NCBI GenBank assembly: GCA_000934665.2
Contig: KZ538103.1
Span: 1 to 64,000, forward strand
From: Catajapyx aquilonaris
Taxonomy: Eukaryota
Reading direction: 5' to 3'
DNA: 64,000 nt
Part shown: positions 1 through 12,354 of the stretch, piece by piece
Position numbering within the stretch: the stretch's first letter is position 1
How the letters are laid out: every line of letters starts with the position of its first letter
Program-made: the position numbers and the translations under genes
Notes under the pieces: generated by a model
Databases searched by the model: none
The model's input: the letters and a program-made list of their open reading frames with translations, nothing else
What the model was told of the DNA's origin: nothing

Positions 1-679
1 ACAGGGAAATTGGTGAAGGCCACGCCAGGTGTATCACACGTGCAGCTAACACGTGGGAGGGGATTATTTTCTATTTGGCACCGGCAGCCGATAGTGTATG
101 TTTCCCAGATGGTCAAGTGTTGCCCAGCATGCTTTTTTCCAGACTATTTCAGCCTTACATAATATACATACTGTATGTATAAAGCTGGCTGTACTCTGCC
201 GTCGAGTTCTTAGCGCCTAGATTCTAGGTGGCTGGACCAGAAAGATTAAAATTGTGAAATATGTTAAAACATCCTGAATATGTACCTAGAGAACCTTGGA
301 GAACTGTATGCGGAGTTTTCCGAAGTGCCAGAAAGCTGCAAATAAGTATTAATTAATTTCTCGCAAAGTACGACGATTTCAGCAAATTCCTCTGGCATGG
401 TTCTCAAGGTTGTTATTCCGCATATTTTCACGCTTTTCATAATTAAATCAGCCTAAAAGTTGGGCGGCAGTAGTCCAATTTCGAGTCATTATAGCCCTTT
501 TTTGGAAATTAATTTAGGGACTTCTAGACGAGTAAAATGGTTCCAGACACATTCATAGGGTTTTCCCAGATCTCGTAAGTATAGCTGTTATTATTTGCAA
601 AATATCTTGTCCGTATCTTCGGAGTACGCGTAAGCCAAAAACTGTGTGGTTCGAGGCGATCTGGGGCCGAAGGGGTTAA
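1..679. mobile_element. Possible right end of a TTAA-targeting (piggyBac-type) non-autonomous element; left end outside the window
   Basis: The segment ends ...GGGGCCGAAGGGG(675)-TTAA(676-679), the piggyBac-type GGG|TTAA terminus. No matching left TIR is seen in the window. Confidence 0.3.
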
Positions 680-1434
680 CATAGCAGGTCCTTTTGACAT
701 CTGCTATGACTGAAAGTAATGGGAAAATAATTTTATGACTGAAACTAATTATTTCAATACAATGATCAATGAACTACCACCAGTCAAATCCGAATGACTT
801 TCTTCAAATTAACCACATTTCCTTCATCAACAAAAATTAAGTTCTCTATGCAAAAATAGGAAAGACGTATCCTCACAGACAACGATTTCATCGACAGTCT
901 AAGAAAGGAATGCAGATTGGATTGATGCATGGTGCAATGTGTGGTAAAATTAATTTCAGTTCAGCACAAAAAAGTGCAGGACTTATAAATACACATAAGT
1001 ACATAAAAAATAAAGGTAGGTTGATAACATTAATATGTGACTAAAAGTGGTTGGCTTTATGCCCTTGAGTTAAAAGCAATGTCTTGAATTCAGGTGCACT
1101 TTACCTACAACGGACTGTCTCTGCGATAATAACTCGTCTGCAATCAGTAGCTGTTTTTTTGTTCTCATCACGTACAACATAGCTAACACATTCATAAATA
1201 TAAGCGTACCAGCAACTGACACAGTAAACCACTATGTGAAATCCAGTAGTAATAATGAATTTACTAATGTGACTTGTTAACAAAAATTACCAGAAATTAC
1301 CTGACAACGAAGGTAATTAAAGGTAATGTTACTAATAAGTAATAACCCATGCAAAGGTGTCACAATATGCATGAGCTGACTCGTACATTCCTCACAACAT
1401 TTCTTGACACAACACCGCAAATGGGGACTCAAGA

Positions 1435-3371
1435 CTAATCACCTTCCGATGCAGGGTGCTTTTGGCATGTTGATGATACAGTTCCATTCAGGTGCACCTC
1501 ACGTGCACAGTAATTATGACAACAATGTCGATGCTGTTGGCACTGCAACAGAAAAGCAATACATCAGACAGGTCGATTAATCATGCACTTATTCATGAAC
1601 ACTTTGAATGAACAGAATTGAGTTCAATTATTCGTTTAGGAATTTCTGACACCGAATATAACATTTAAAAAACAATTATTCCAACAGTAGGAGCTACATA
1701 GATTCGAGGCCAATGCATGAGGTAATTTAAGAAAAAATAAGTTCTTCCAAAAAAACTTAGGAATATAAAACCGGCAGTTCTTGTATGGCTCGTTGCAATC
1801 AGAAAATTAGCTCTTTCCAATGATTTAATAAAATGTCTGCTTTTCAAGTGCGATCTCTGAAACTTTGCTCGTCAGTGAGTATGTGACTAGTCATGCTTCT
1901 AGACATGCATTTGTCTAGGTAAAAGTCTGCATTAAAAAGAAATTAAGTGTAACATGGATAACTTGATATTATCTCAGTGGGAATATTTAAAATTTCCCAA
2001 CTTTGGCTACTTACCAACTCTCCAATCCACATGCAGTGCGTGAACTTGTGCAGTTCCTTGGGTGGCATCAGTGACTTCCTCTTCCATGCAGGAATGGTTT
2101 TCACAATCACAATTGTACCAGGAGGAAAAGTACCACCATCTACGAATGGGAATCCATTGGAAGGAAAAGTCCTATTCCATTCAGCTGTTTCATATGATTT
2201 CTGTAAAACATATGAGTCATAACTGGAATCTCCATTACCAGATCCTTCTTCGTCAGCTGACCTATTGCTGACTAGCTTGCTAGTTATATTGATGTCACTA
2301 GTCGCAACTGTGCTTCTCAGATTGCCTACTCTTCTGGTCGGAGCAGGCACTTTCATTTCTGGGAAATTAATTGGTGCTTTAATTGTCCACTGTGCTTCAG
2401 CCCCTGCTGACAAGCCAGTTTCATTCACTCTGACATCAGCCTTAACTTCAGGTGATCTGCTGACACCTACTGCAACACTGCTCTTCTTTTCCTGAGTGAC
2501 ACTTGCGAGAGTAGGAACAGTACTAGTTGACTTTTCATCACGAGGTAACCCTTTCCGTTTGTGTTCCCAGTATGCAGTGCTGAGCCTAGGTGTTTCTGTT
2601 GTCCTAAGATGGGCAGGATGCTTATATCGGCTAGTGGGAGTTGTGAGCACCTTCATTGCAGTAGTTGAGGTACTAACACTAGGCAGCACTGCCTTCCAAG
2701 CAGGTGCTGTCTTTTGAATTAGTCTAAAGTATGTGGTAGTAACTTCTGTTGTTGTAGTTATTGTTTCTGTCGTAGTAGTCGGTTTTGTTGTAGTTATTAT
2801 TTCTGTCGTAGTAGTCGGTTTTGTTGTAGTAGTCTGTGTAGTTGTAGTAGTCGGTTTAGTTGTAGTAGTAGCTTTTGTTTCAGGGATTGCTTTTGTTGTT
2901 GGAGCTGCACTTCTACGATTAGGTTTAGTTATCTCCCAAGGGTCAAGTGACTTCTGGGTGGGGATGGTAGCAGCCGAAGTAGTTCTTGTGGTGGACTGGA
3001 AATCCTTTGCTGGTATGTGACTTGTAATTCCATTGGGCTTCCTGGGAGGTGTTGTTCTATGTCTGGTGTAATATTCAGGGGCTACTGTGTACACTTGCAG
3101 CCGCTGTCTGCGCACTTCCTGGAAATTACAACAGTTCATTAAAATTTGTGTGCAAGACCCTCATATCTATTTCTGTCGTAAATCTTACCGAATTATTATG
3201 GGTTATTATGGGTTTTGGAGGTGGCGGCAAGCTAAAGTGGAGAGACTATGTTAGTAAATCTTCCCAGAGCCTGAACAAATATCATCACCTTCTTACGCAT
3301 GCTTGGCAGGAACTGATGACAAGAAGAATGATGAAGAAATTTAATTGAAGACACATTGTTGCCAGTGACAT
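1435..3371 (-). CDS. Secreted Thr/Pro-rich mucin-like protein with C-terminal inhibitor-cystine-knot (knottin-like) module, about 445 aa; CDS complement(join(3289..3371,3189..3231,2015..3118,1435..1542))
   Basis: Signal-peptide-like MSLATMCLQLNFFIILLVISSCQA; GT-AG introns with consistent phases (2,0,0); large exon with TTTKPTTTTE repeats. The splice at 2015/1542 gives C-MWIGEL-C-QQHRH-CC-HNY-C-x13-C, then stop at 1435-1437. An alternative donor at 3296 could skip the 43-nt exon in frame. Confidence 0.75.
2733..2875 (-). repeat. Coding tandem repeat, about 33-bp units (TTTKPTTTTE[I/T]-like), in the mucin exon
   Basis: Repeated gtagtagtcggttttgttgtagtt-type units on the plus strand. Confidence 0.85.
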
Positions 3372-4055
3372 ACTGATGCCTGGAGAGTAAGCTGAATTAG
3401 AAAACACTGTGCTTGGAACACATTTGCACGCATCACAACAGAGAGACATAAATATACAAAACACTCTTTGGGATTCCATGTTTTTCGCATCACCCAACAT
3501 CATTGGGTTCAATTACAAGCAACATCCAACATTATAAAATTTATGTAGATCCACACTCACATAAAAACTTATGTCAATGTGACCAAAATGCATTACTTTA
3601 AAGGAGAAAATGAAAGCATGACCACACTGAAGAGAGCTCATGATAACTTACCACGGCAGCAAGATGGAGTAGTTTGATTTCTTCGTGTATCGATGGATTT
3701 GCACACCAAGTAGGTCTGTGTCAAGTGAACTAGCAATGTCATCTGGTTTTATACATTGAGGATATTGCTTTTTCTTTCCCTTATCTGAAACAAGAGGAGG
3801 GGAAATGAGAAAAAAAATACTGACGCAAAAATGATGGCATTGGAAGATATGGAATGACTGGCAAGTGTTTCAGTTGGGATTCATTCATAAGCTGATGCAC
3901 ATCACAATCTTAATTACTACAACATTCCAACACTTTGCATTTCAGGCATAGCATTAAGTCATTATACTGTTGTTTGGTGCAAGAAACTCTAAATAATGTG
4001 AGAGTACAGCAGGGAGCATATGTTGAACTGCACGAACAGTAAGTACGTGCGTATG

Positions 4056-4167
4056 TATGTACTATATCGCTCAAAAAGATAGAGACGATTGGCATTTGAT
4101 TCAAGTGCAAGTTGCACTTGAGTCAAATGCAAAATCGTCTCTATCTTTTTGGGCGATATAGTACATA
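4056..4167. repeat. Near-perfect 112-bp palindrome (MITE-like hairpin)
   Basis: Arm 4056-4110 is the reverse complement of 4112-4167, with about 3 mismatches, 1 indel and a 1-nt spacer; TA at both ends. Confidence 0.85.
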
Positions 4168-6348
4168 ATGAAATCTCCGTAGTAAACCAACTTATTCGTT
4201 AATGAGGTATCTGAGAGGTTTTAAGTGACGCATGTTGTACGTTGCAAAATCATGCTTCAGTTGCCTAAAAATGTCAACAAAGCTTTTGCTGTTACGAATG
4301 CCAATGCAATTGGAACATGAGAGCATTTTTTAAGAGCAATAAATTCTCTGCTCCACAGAGGGATTTAAATGTTCCTTGGAACAATATTTTATAAGACATT
4401 AACTTTTTAACTTCACGTGTGGCTGAGAAATCAATTCTGGACTTCACAGTGGTTCCATTTACATGGTTTTAGACAGCCCTTGGCGGCAGAAGCCATATTT
4501 GTTATTAGTGATACTTATCCTTTACAACATAACTTCTTATCACGTAGTCTTTCAAGTTATGGACTTAATAGTATAAGCTTACCATGGATATTTCCTTAGT
4601 GGCAGGTGATGCTGGATATCCAGCTTGTCATGTTGGTAATGACATTCTTGCCTCCTCAATAATTAGCTTCACAAGAATCCCACTTCAAATTAACCTTAAG
4701 TCTATTCCATTCCCATTATTGCTTCTGTTATGCAACTCTTGAATAATAATACATTGTTGAATTCCCTTCCAATTTACTGAAGGCAGTGTCTCGGTTCACT
4801 TGTCGTGTTCATGGCTCTTAGATGGTATCATCCTTTTTCTTACACTTGCCTTCAGCGTTCTCTCCAATATGTACTCCTGAAAGATCAAAACAAAGTCAGT
4901 TATGTTTCCATCAGAAACTCTTCAGAATCTCTTGCATTTTTTCAAAATATCAGGCAACCATCAGTCATTAAGACAAATAATAATTATGTTGCAATACAGT
5001 GTGAGGATAAAGCATTATAATGCCATGAGACAAACACAAAAAATTTAAAATCATTAATTCTGAATACAGTGCTTGTGGGCAAAGCAGTGATTTACTCATG
5101 ACAACACGAAAATAATGTCAGTTATTAACAAAAGGTGGTCCTTTGGTGTCAAGCAAAATTGCAATTGCAAAGGTTTCTTCTCTGTGAGTCATACTAAAAT
5201 GACTAAAATGACTAAAATTCCCATGAATTTCACATGCATCTGGATCATCTGAAAGTTCACATATAACTAATCATTGGGATTTGCAGGAGATAATATTAAT
5301 ATTTGAGCCGTTGGAAATTGGAAATTTGCAACTAGTAAGTGTTCAACATTCACATTTGTGAATTGATCTATTTCTTTCACAAAATGTTGCACATGAAAGT
5401 TTGCAGGTTCTCAAACACTTATCAGCCTACATATTAGGAAATAACCTCATTAATATGCCACTTGTGCTCAAGCAATAAGATAAGGAAGAAGAATGTGCTT
5501 ACTCACGTCTAAACATCAGCGGTGACGCCAATGTGAGTATAGCATGGAGCAAAGATATCCTTGCATGATTTTGCTAATTTGGCTACTGACCCACCATTAT
5601 GAGAGAGAGCTAACAAAAATCTAAGGCATGTGAACAGCCCAGCCAGTTTGTTAGTTGCTATTCTACTGAACCAACTGAGGAATTTTAAAATTGCCAAGTA
5701 ATTACAATTATGTGCCTGCAATGCAGTAATGCACTCCATATTACTGAAGAAATCTTGCCAAAGTCAATTCGCAGAGAATGTCAGTGTAGTGCATGTGGCG
5801 CTAACTTACCTTTGAGACGATGTGAGGCACTTTTTTATTGGTTGATATTTTAAATGTGAATCACTTTCAGAATGCCATCTTTCTCCTCGAAGGAATGTGA
5901 ACACTTCTTCTGCCCTTAGATCAGTTTGTACCATGCATTTCGAGATTTACCTCACAACTGCATTGGTTGAAATGTCATGGACTCCCCTGCGTCAAGCTGG
6001 CATACCTGAGCCTGCCTTCTACTCAATGTCAGTGGAAGAACTTAAACCTTTCCAGTGCAACCCACACGTCACTCCCTCTCACTCTCCCCTTTCCTCTTCT
6101 TCAGGGTACCAACAAGACTTGCAGCTTACATGACATTTCCACCAATACAGATGCGCGCTAAATCATGAAACACCTGGTACACAGAGGAAATGATATCATG
6201 TGGTATTTGGCATAATCTGAAGTTTTATTAAGGACATTAGAGATCTTCTGGCAAAATTTACATGACTTCGCATTACATACTTGAGCAAATGCAGCAGGTG
6301 ACTCTCTCAACAGCAAGAGTTTAGGTGCTTACTTGAAAATTAAGAAAC

Positions 6349-8668
6349 TCAAGAGCGTCCTTGAAGTGGTTGGTTGGCATCTCCAGAGACGTCATGCTTG
6401 ACCTCCATCACTTCTTCTGCTGGTTCACTTTTCACCTCCCCAATGACCTCTTCAACTTGTGGGACTTCAGCCAACACTGCCGCAGTTGCTTGCTCTATCT
6501 GCATCTTCCATGCCTCTTGCACAGTCATGTTATTGGCAACTTCTCCTGCTTCATCTTTCATTTCCATTGTTGGTATGACTCTGTAAACAAGAGATTATTT
6601 CATGCCGTGTGACACAAGAAATACATTCACTGTTCCATCAACTATTATGCAAATGGCCTTTGTAAAAAGTAATGCCGGTTGACAAACTCTGATCTGAAAC
6701 CCTTTGGAGCAATCGCTTTTCAAAATTTGGAATTTTTCTGACTTCAGAATGGTATAGGTATCTCATACCTACATCCTCGGATATGTCAGGAATATGTTAA
6801 CTCATATATTTAAACATCATTAGGCCCTACTGTACATGCAGTAAAGCCTCTGAGCCAAAACGGATGTAATACATGTGAGTGGCATGTGATACACATTAAT
6901 TGCACATCAACTGAAACTCTTATGTCAGGACCAAACAACAGTGCTGTAATGGGCAAGTTTCCACTGCCTCTGTTATAGACAGGTTTCACTCACAAATAAC
7001 TGGATTAAAACTTGAAGAAGCAAAAGAAATCAGGTAATGCTGTCAACTTATGGACTACTCATTCTGCTTGTGGCTTCAACATGTGCACGTGGAAGCCAGA
7101 AATGCTTTTGATGGGACGCCACTTCTGCATGTGCTTGGGCTTCTTGTTCATTTTCATGTGCCATCTGCTTGGGGCACATCCACATGCACACATTCCTCCC
7201 ACACATGGCAACCAATGAAAGTCTTTGTGGATAGCCACTTGGAACATCCCTGCTTACCCCATGCATGTGCAGGCAGGGGTAAAATCACACTTGCGAACGT
7301 CTGACTTATCCACACACACATCGCCGCTCACTGATGGCAAAGCCCAGAATCACAGCTGCTTCAAACATTGAGAAGTAAAATTATCATTACTTACATGTAC
7401 ATTTCATTGTTTCCTTGCAGTAAGTTGGTTGCAGAGGATCCGTGTGAATCTAGCAACAAAGTAATGGGAATGTTTGCCATGTTTTGGGGCACTGACACGT
7501 AGGAGATTCCTGATGGCAACGATGTAAGTGGTGATGGTGAGGAGGACGGCACCGCTGGAGAAATGCAGCTAGATGCCGCAAGTCCTACAACCTGCTCCTG
7601 CTCTGCATGGGCGGTGGAAGATTGCGTCACTACCACCCTCGACTCCCCCTCCACCCTTGGGGATGACCTCAGCAGGATCTCGTTCGCCTCACTCTGGTTC
7701 AGTTCATCAAAAATATCCAAAAATAGCGTACGTATAGCTAACATTGCTTGGGATGTCAACGTGTCCATGAAAAGCGTAATCCGCTTGTAAATGTTGTTTG
7801 TGCTGCCAGGGTCGAAAAATGGTTCCTTCCCTTGGGTAATTTTCAACTGCTGGCACACCTGCCGACCACATGCCACATCAACATACACAAACATCACAGG
7901 AAAGTATTTGCCGTGGTGGACCAACAACTTCAGCATACTGCTGCGATCAAGCGTAATGGACACTTCTTCCTCACCTGAAAAGATCACGATTCCATTATTT
8001 CCTCCTTCCCTTCAAAGTTATTGGATATTTTTTATTTTAATCACTACTCAATGTCTACAATTATTACAATGTCAGATATGTAGACATGTACAAAGGAACA
8101 GTTACTCACTGTTGTGAATTGCAGGGACGGTGAGCTGTATTCCGGAGCTGCACAAGACGATGTGCTCCTTGACAAGTGTGACCTTATAAGACCCAATCCT
8201 CACATTCCGGCATTTGACCAAAACAGGGGGGCTTGTGTTCTTGGCAGTGTCAATGGACGAAGAGGTGAGAGGCTGGGCAAAAACATGGTGCACTTGATGC
8301 ATTTCCCTTCCATCAACATGCCTCTCTACTTCCCCTGAGTAGATGATCGGCTCCTTCTTGTGGCGCCAGCACAGTTCGTTCACGCTTACATCTTCTGCTG
8401 CAACTGACAAAAAATTTCCATTAAGTGGCACATCCTGCGACACACTTGTCAGCAAACCATTTACATAAAACTTGACGCAATGACCTTATTTTAAGTTGAT
8501 TCACTTACTGTTACCATCCTGCGCTGTAGCGGTTTCCTCTCTGATCTTCTTGAGATCCATCATCTTCACATCTTCTGGCAGCTTGCGGTGGCAGCGCTGG
8601 CAGGTGGTCACCACGCTGCTCAGATATCCACAGTGTGGGCACACCGCAAATTCCTCCGTAATTTCCAT
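6349..8668 (-). CDS. SENP6/SENP7 (veloren)-like protein, non-catalytic part only, about 421 aa; CDS complement(join(8509..8668,8110..8403,7395..7974,6349..6580))
   Basis: N-terminal CPHC-x9-CQRC zinc ribbon. Motifs KCRNVRIGSYKV, FFDPGS...KRITLF and EANEILLRSSP are recalled as typical of the region preceding the C48 domain in SENP6/7-family proteins. Intron phases 1,1,2 are consistent and the total of 1266 nt is in frame. No C48 peptidase motifs were found downstream. Probable non-coding first exon at about 9106-9290. Confidence 0.7.
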
Positions 8669-9497
8669 CGCTTTCTGGAAGAGCAAGGAAAAAATGAAAC
8701 ACGTTTGATCCCTTCCTGAAAAATGATTTGGCTGCGTCTGGATAATTGTTTAACAAGTTGTGTAGCGGGCCGGATGAGGTAAAACTGACAAGTCGTACCC
8801 AGATTCATACTTTGATGGGATTTGACCACCTATCCACCCAAGAAACATGTTCATATCTACATGTTGCTTCGCCCTGAAATTAAACCGGCCAAACGCTTCA
8901 CACTCCTGACTAGGCCTGACTGCTCCACATGCGAGACGGGTCCTCTGTGTGAGCAAGTCCCCTCAATAACCCAACCCAATTACGTGGGTAGTTTCATTGC
9001 AGCCATTTTGATTCCCCGTCCACGAAGAAACCCTTTGGGCCCAACTTTCTGCCTAAGAATCAACTGGTGAGCCCATTATATTCAGAAGGCGCCGGGAACC
9101 CGCACCTTTTCGTGGAAGTCGGCCGGCTGTGGCGGTTGTCAGCTGTGGTCAGTTGGGGGTGTCTTGGATGGGTCGGGCCACAGTGTCTAGAGCTGTGCCC
9201 TGGAAATGCGGAGGAAAAAGGACGACAAGAAGGGGAGCCTCTCTCAGATGGTCGTGCTCCGAAGGGCGGCCATCTTTGACTGGAACGGGAAGTAGGGCAA
9301 CACAGGGAGTGGGGTCACACTGGCGCCAACTTCAAACTTTGACCCCCCCAAAAAATGACCCGTGTCGTCTCTCTTGAAAAGGAGGTGTCGTTTCATCTGC
9401 ACCACTTCCAGACCTCTAGCTGGCTAAGTTAACAGAGGCCATTGACATTTTAAAATATTTGTGTTGACAACAAATGTGCATTAAACTGTGTCATTTG

Positions 9498-9511
9498 TGT
9501 CCCTCTGGTGG
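9498..9511 (-). promoter_or_regulatory. CTCF-like motif in the divergent promoter region between the SENP-like gene and the plus-strand ZF gene
   Basis: Minus strand CCACCAGAGGGACA; the first 11 nt match the consensus CCASYAGRKGGCRS. Confidence 0.35.
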
Positions 9512-10339
9512 TGAGAAGTGAAAGCGGCATTTGCTTAAAACTGAATGTAAATCGACAAAATTATTAAATAATGTACAGTTTAATGTGACATAAAAATGTG
9601 CGCGCAATAAAAACAAACGGGAGTCAGGAGCAATAAGAAATAACTGCGCGTAATTCGATACCGTATCGGCTCTTAACACATGTGCTTGCTTGCTTTGTAA
9701 TGCTTCCTCATGAAGGTAATGGGTAAATATTGGTGCATGCAATGGTCTGCCTGTATAGTGGTGCAATTGGTTTTTCCCACACACCAGTTGATTAATAATT
9801 GCAAAGTCTTGAAGCGTCTTATTGAAGCTTTTCTTCTAGCACCACACATTGGCCAGTGAGCATCGCAAAGAGAGGGGCAGTCCTTCCATGGGAAGTCATA
9901 GTGCTGGGCATGGCTAAGGTGAAGCAAGTGCGTTTCCAGTGCGACAATGAAGCCCGGGTGAGGTGTCACCATTCCAGTACAGCTACGTTAAAAATGAATC
10001 ATGCAGTTTTAAGGGTCACTTTGCTACCAATTAAAGATACTGTCAATGTTACTCTACGTGCACTTGGATTAATGTTCACTGGATTTACCCACAGGACAAG
10101 CAGTATCCCACTGGACAAGTAACCATTAAGTGCAAGATCGTGGTGTACAGCGAGGATAATCTGGGACCTTCTGACTGGCTACAAGAGGATGGAAGCAATG
10201 TGCGTTGATATGGCGCACCATACACAATTTTCACCAGTTGTTAAGAATTCAAACAATTTTGCAGATGTTTTAAAAGTTTAACAGTTCAAAGTGTTGTCTG
10301 TTATATATGTCTCTTGTAGCTGCAATTAAACTGCAGCTG

Positions 10340-12354
10340 ATGTATTTGCAGGATGACAACCGGTATTCCGTTCGAGTGACCAAGATTCATGAGGACAGGA
10401 TCCTGGGGTATGGAGATGATGATCCAAAACAGTCAGGAAAACAGTGTCAGTTTCTTGATACGCCTTGTTCAATTGGTGAGCTTGAGATTGGCCCCGAGCC
10501 GCAAGTAGATGAAACCAAGGTGTGTGTGTATATAGTCTACATGTAAATGTTTTGATAGTCCATGTACATTTTGTAACTGTTTTTCAATCCAATAATTTTA
10601 GCTGCCACCACATTTGCGAGGGCATAAAGTGTGTATCCTCGCAAGGATCAAAGATGATGATGATGATCCGGTGACGGTTGGGGACGCTGTACAAGATCAT
10701 GCCATGAGCCGTGATGAGGAAATCAAAGACGATACTTTGAATCTTGATGATGAAAGAAAAGATAAGACTTATGATGATGATCCGGTATCGGTTGGGGAAG
10801 CTGTACAAGATCACGCCATGAGCCGTGATGACGAAAAAGACAAGACTTTGAATCTTGATGACGAAAGCAAAGACAAGACTTTGAATCTTGGTGATGAAAG
10901 AAAAGACAAGACTTTGAATGAACCCGAGAAAAGCAAAGGTTAATGCCTGTACCATTCTTCAGTGCTCCTAGCCCATATTCTTGACAGTCGTGTAGTTAAC
11001 GAGTATATTGTGCACTAATATATGAGTAGCCTACCGTACAGTAGAAAAGGATTCTCATGGGTTGAAATAAACCTGTAATGTTCCCTTGTTATCCACTGAT
11101 AAGTTATAAAAAGTGTATGGAGTTTATGAAAATGTTGAATGGAGACTTGTATCAAATTCATCGTGACATTATTTTAATCAACATGGAAATGTTGAAGAGG
11201 CAAAATTAACTTACATTAACTGCAGTGTTAATTTCTTGTTGCAGGTGATGACAGTGTTCTCAGCAACTCGAGCAAGAAGGAGTCGGAGTGTCAGGTTAGC
11301 ATTAGTTTGCAACCATTCAAGGATTCTCCCTCAAAGAGTAGCATGACTGACAAACAGTGATGGAAAATACTCTTGAGAGGTCAATCAACAACTATACTGT
11401 ATGGTGCTCAAAAAAAAAGTACAAATTATAATAAGGCTCTCTGGATTGTCACGTAATGAATGGATGCAAAAACTTTCACTCTGTGTATTCTTTCATAATA
11501 TTATGTGTATATCTTCCTTCCCTTATTTCTTTTCAGTCTTCTAAAATATGTATCATAATAATCTCATAAATGTTATCTACCCTGCATACTGTGGTCAGTG
11601 TGTATGTTTTGGCACAACTTGGATTTAGGGTCGGTTTTACTGTGTGACTGTGTAGTGTGTGGAAGTATAACTCCTGACGCTGTGAGCCGTACTATACGCA
11701 GGATGTTCCAATCGTTCTTATTAAAATATCAGTTTCAGTGGGGAATTTTTTGGCACAAAGCTGCTTATTTTGAAGCAGATACTTTTGAATAGTTCTATTT
11801 AGTGGCAATCAAAAGTATTAGCATTTCATGTACATGATTAGGGGGATTGATTTCTACTCAGTGCATTTCAGACTCTGCAAGTTCTGGAAGAACATGTGGA
11901 TCTTGCAGGAGGCGAGGATATATGCCAAGTCCATGGAGAGATGGAGGATAAACCCGTCCAGATTGGAAGAAAAGGAATCCAAATGTGTCCTAGAAAGAAG
12001 GCCACTTCACTTACGCAATATCTATGTGAAATTTGTGGCAAGGTCTTTCGCCATAAGTCTCACTGGCAGAGTCACACGAAAGTCCACTCTATGGAAAAAC
12101 CATTCTGCTGTCTCTACTGTGACAAGAGTTTTTCGCAAATGGGAAACAAGAACCTCCATGTGAAAGCTGTTCATAAAACGGGAAAGACTTTCACATGCAA
12201 TATATGCAAAAGGGGCTTTGGCATTAAGGCGAATTTGGCTCGCCACATGCTGTGTCACACCAGAGTCAAGAATTACTCATGTTCCACTTGCAAAAAGACT
12301 TTTTATCGCAGTGATCACATTAAAAAACACATGAGACACTGTCACTCCATATAA
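10340..12354 (+). CDS. C2H2 zinc-finger protein (4 C-terminal fingers, acidic repetitive N-half); CDS join(10340 or 10352..10519,10602..10938,11245..11294,11872..12354), 5' end uncertain
   Basis: GT-AG introns in consistent phases (0,1,0). Fingers: CEICGKVFRHKSHWQSHTKVH, CLYCDKSFSQMGNKNLHVKAVH, CNICKRGFGIKANLARHMLCH, CSTCKKTFYRSDHIKKHMRHCH. Confidence 0.8.
10655..10925 (+). repeat. Coding compound tandem repeat: DDDPVxVGxAVQDHAMSRD x2 and about 33-bp KD[KD]TLNLDDE units
   Basis: Near-identical nucleotide units aaagacaagactttgaatcttg and gctgtacaagatca.gccatgagccgtgatga. Confidence 0.85.

Noticed and set aside
2265..3020. Val-rich plus-strand ORFs resembling membrane proteins
   Set aside because: Antisense shadows of the Thr-rich mucin exon.
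3546..3559. 14-nt match (TAGATCCACACTCA) to the miR-279 sequence as recalled
   Set aside because: The seed end does not match and no hairpin partner is visible.
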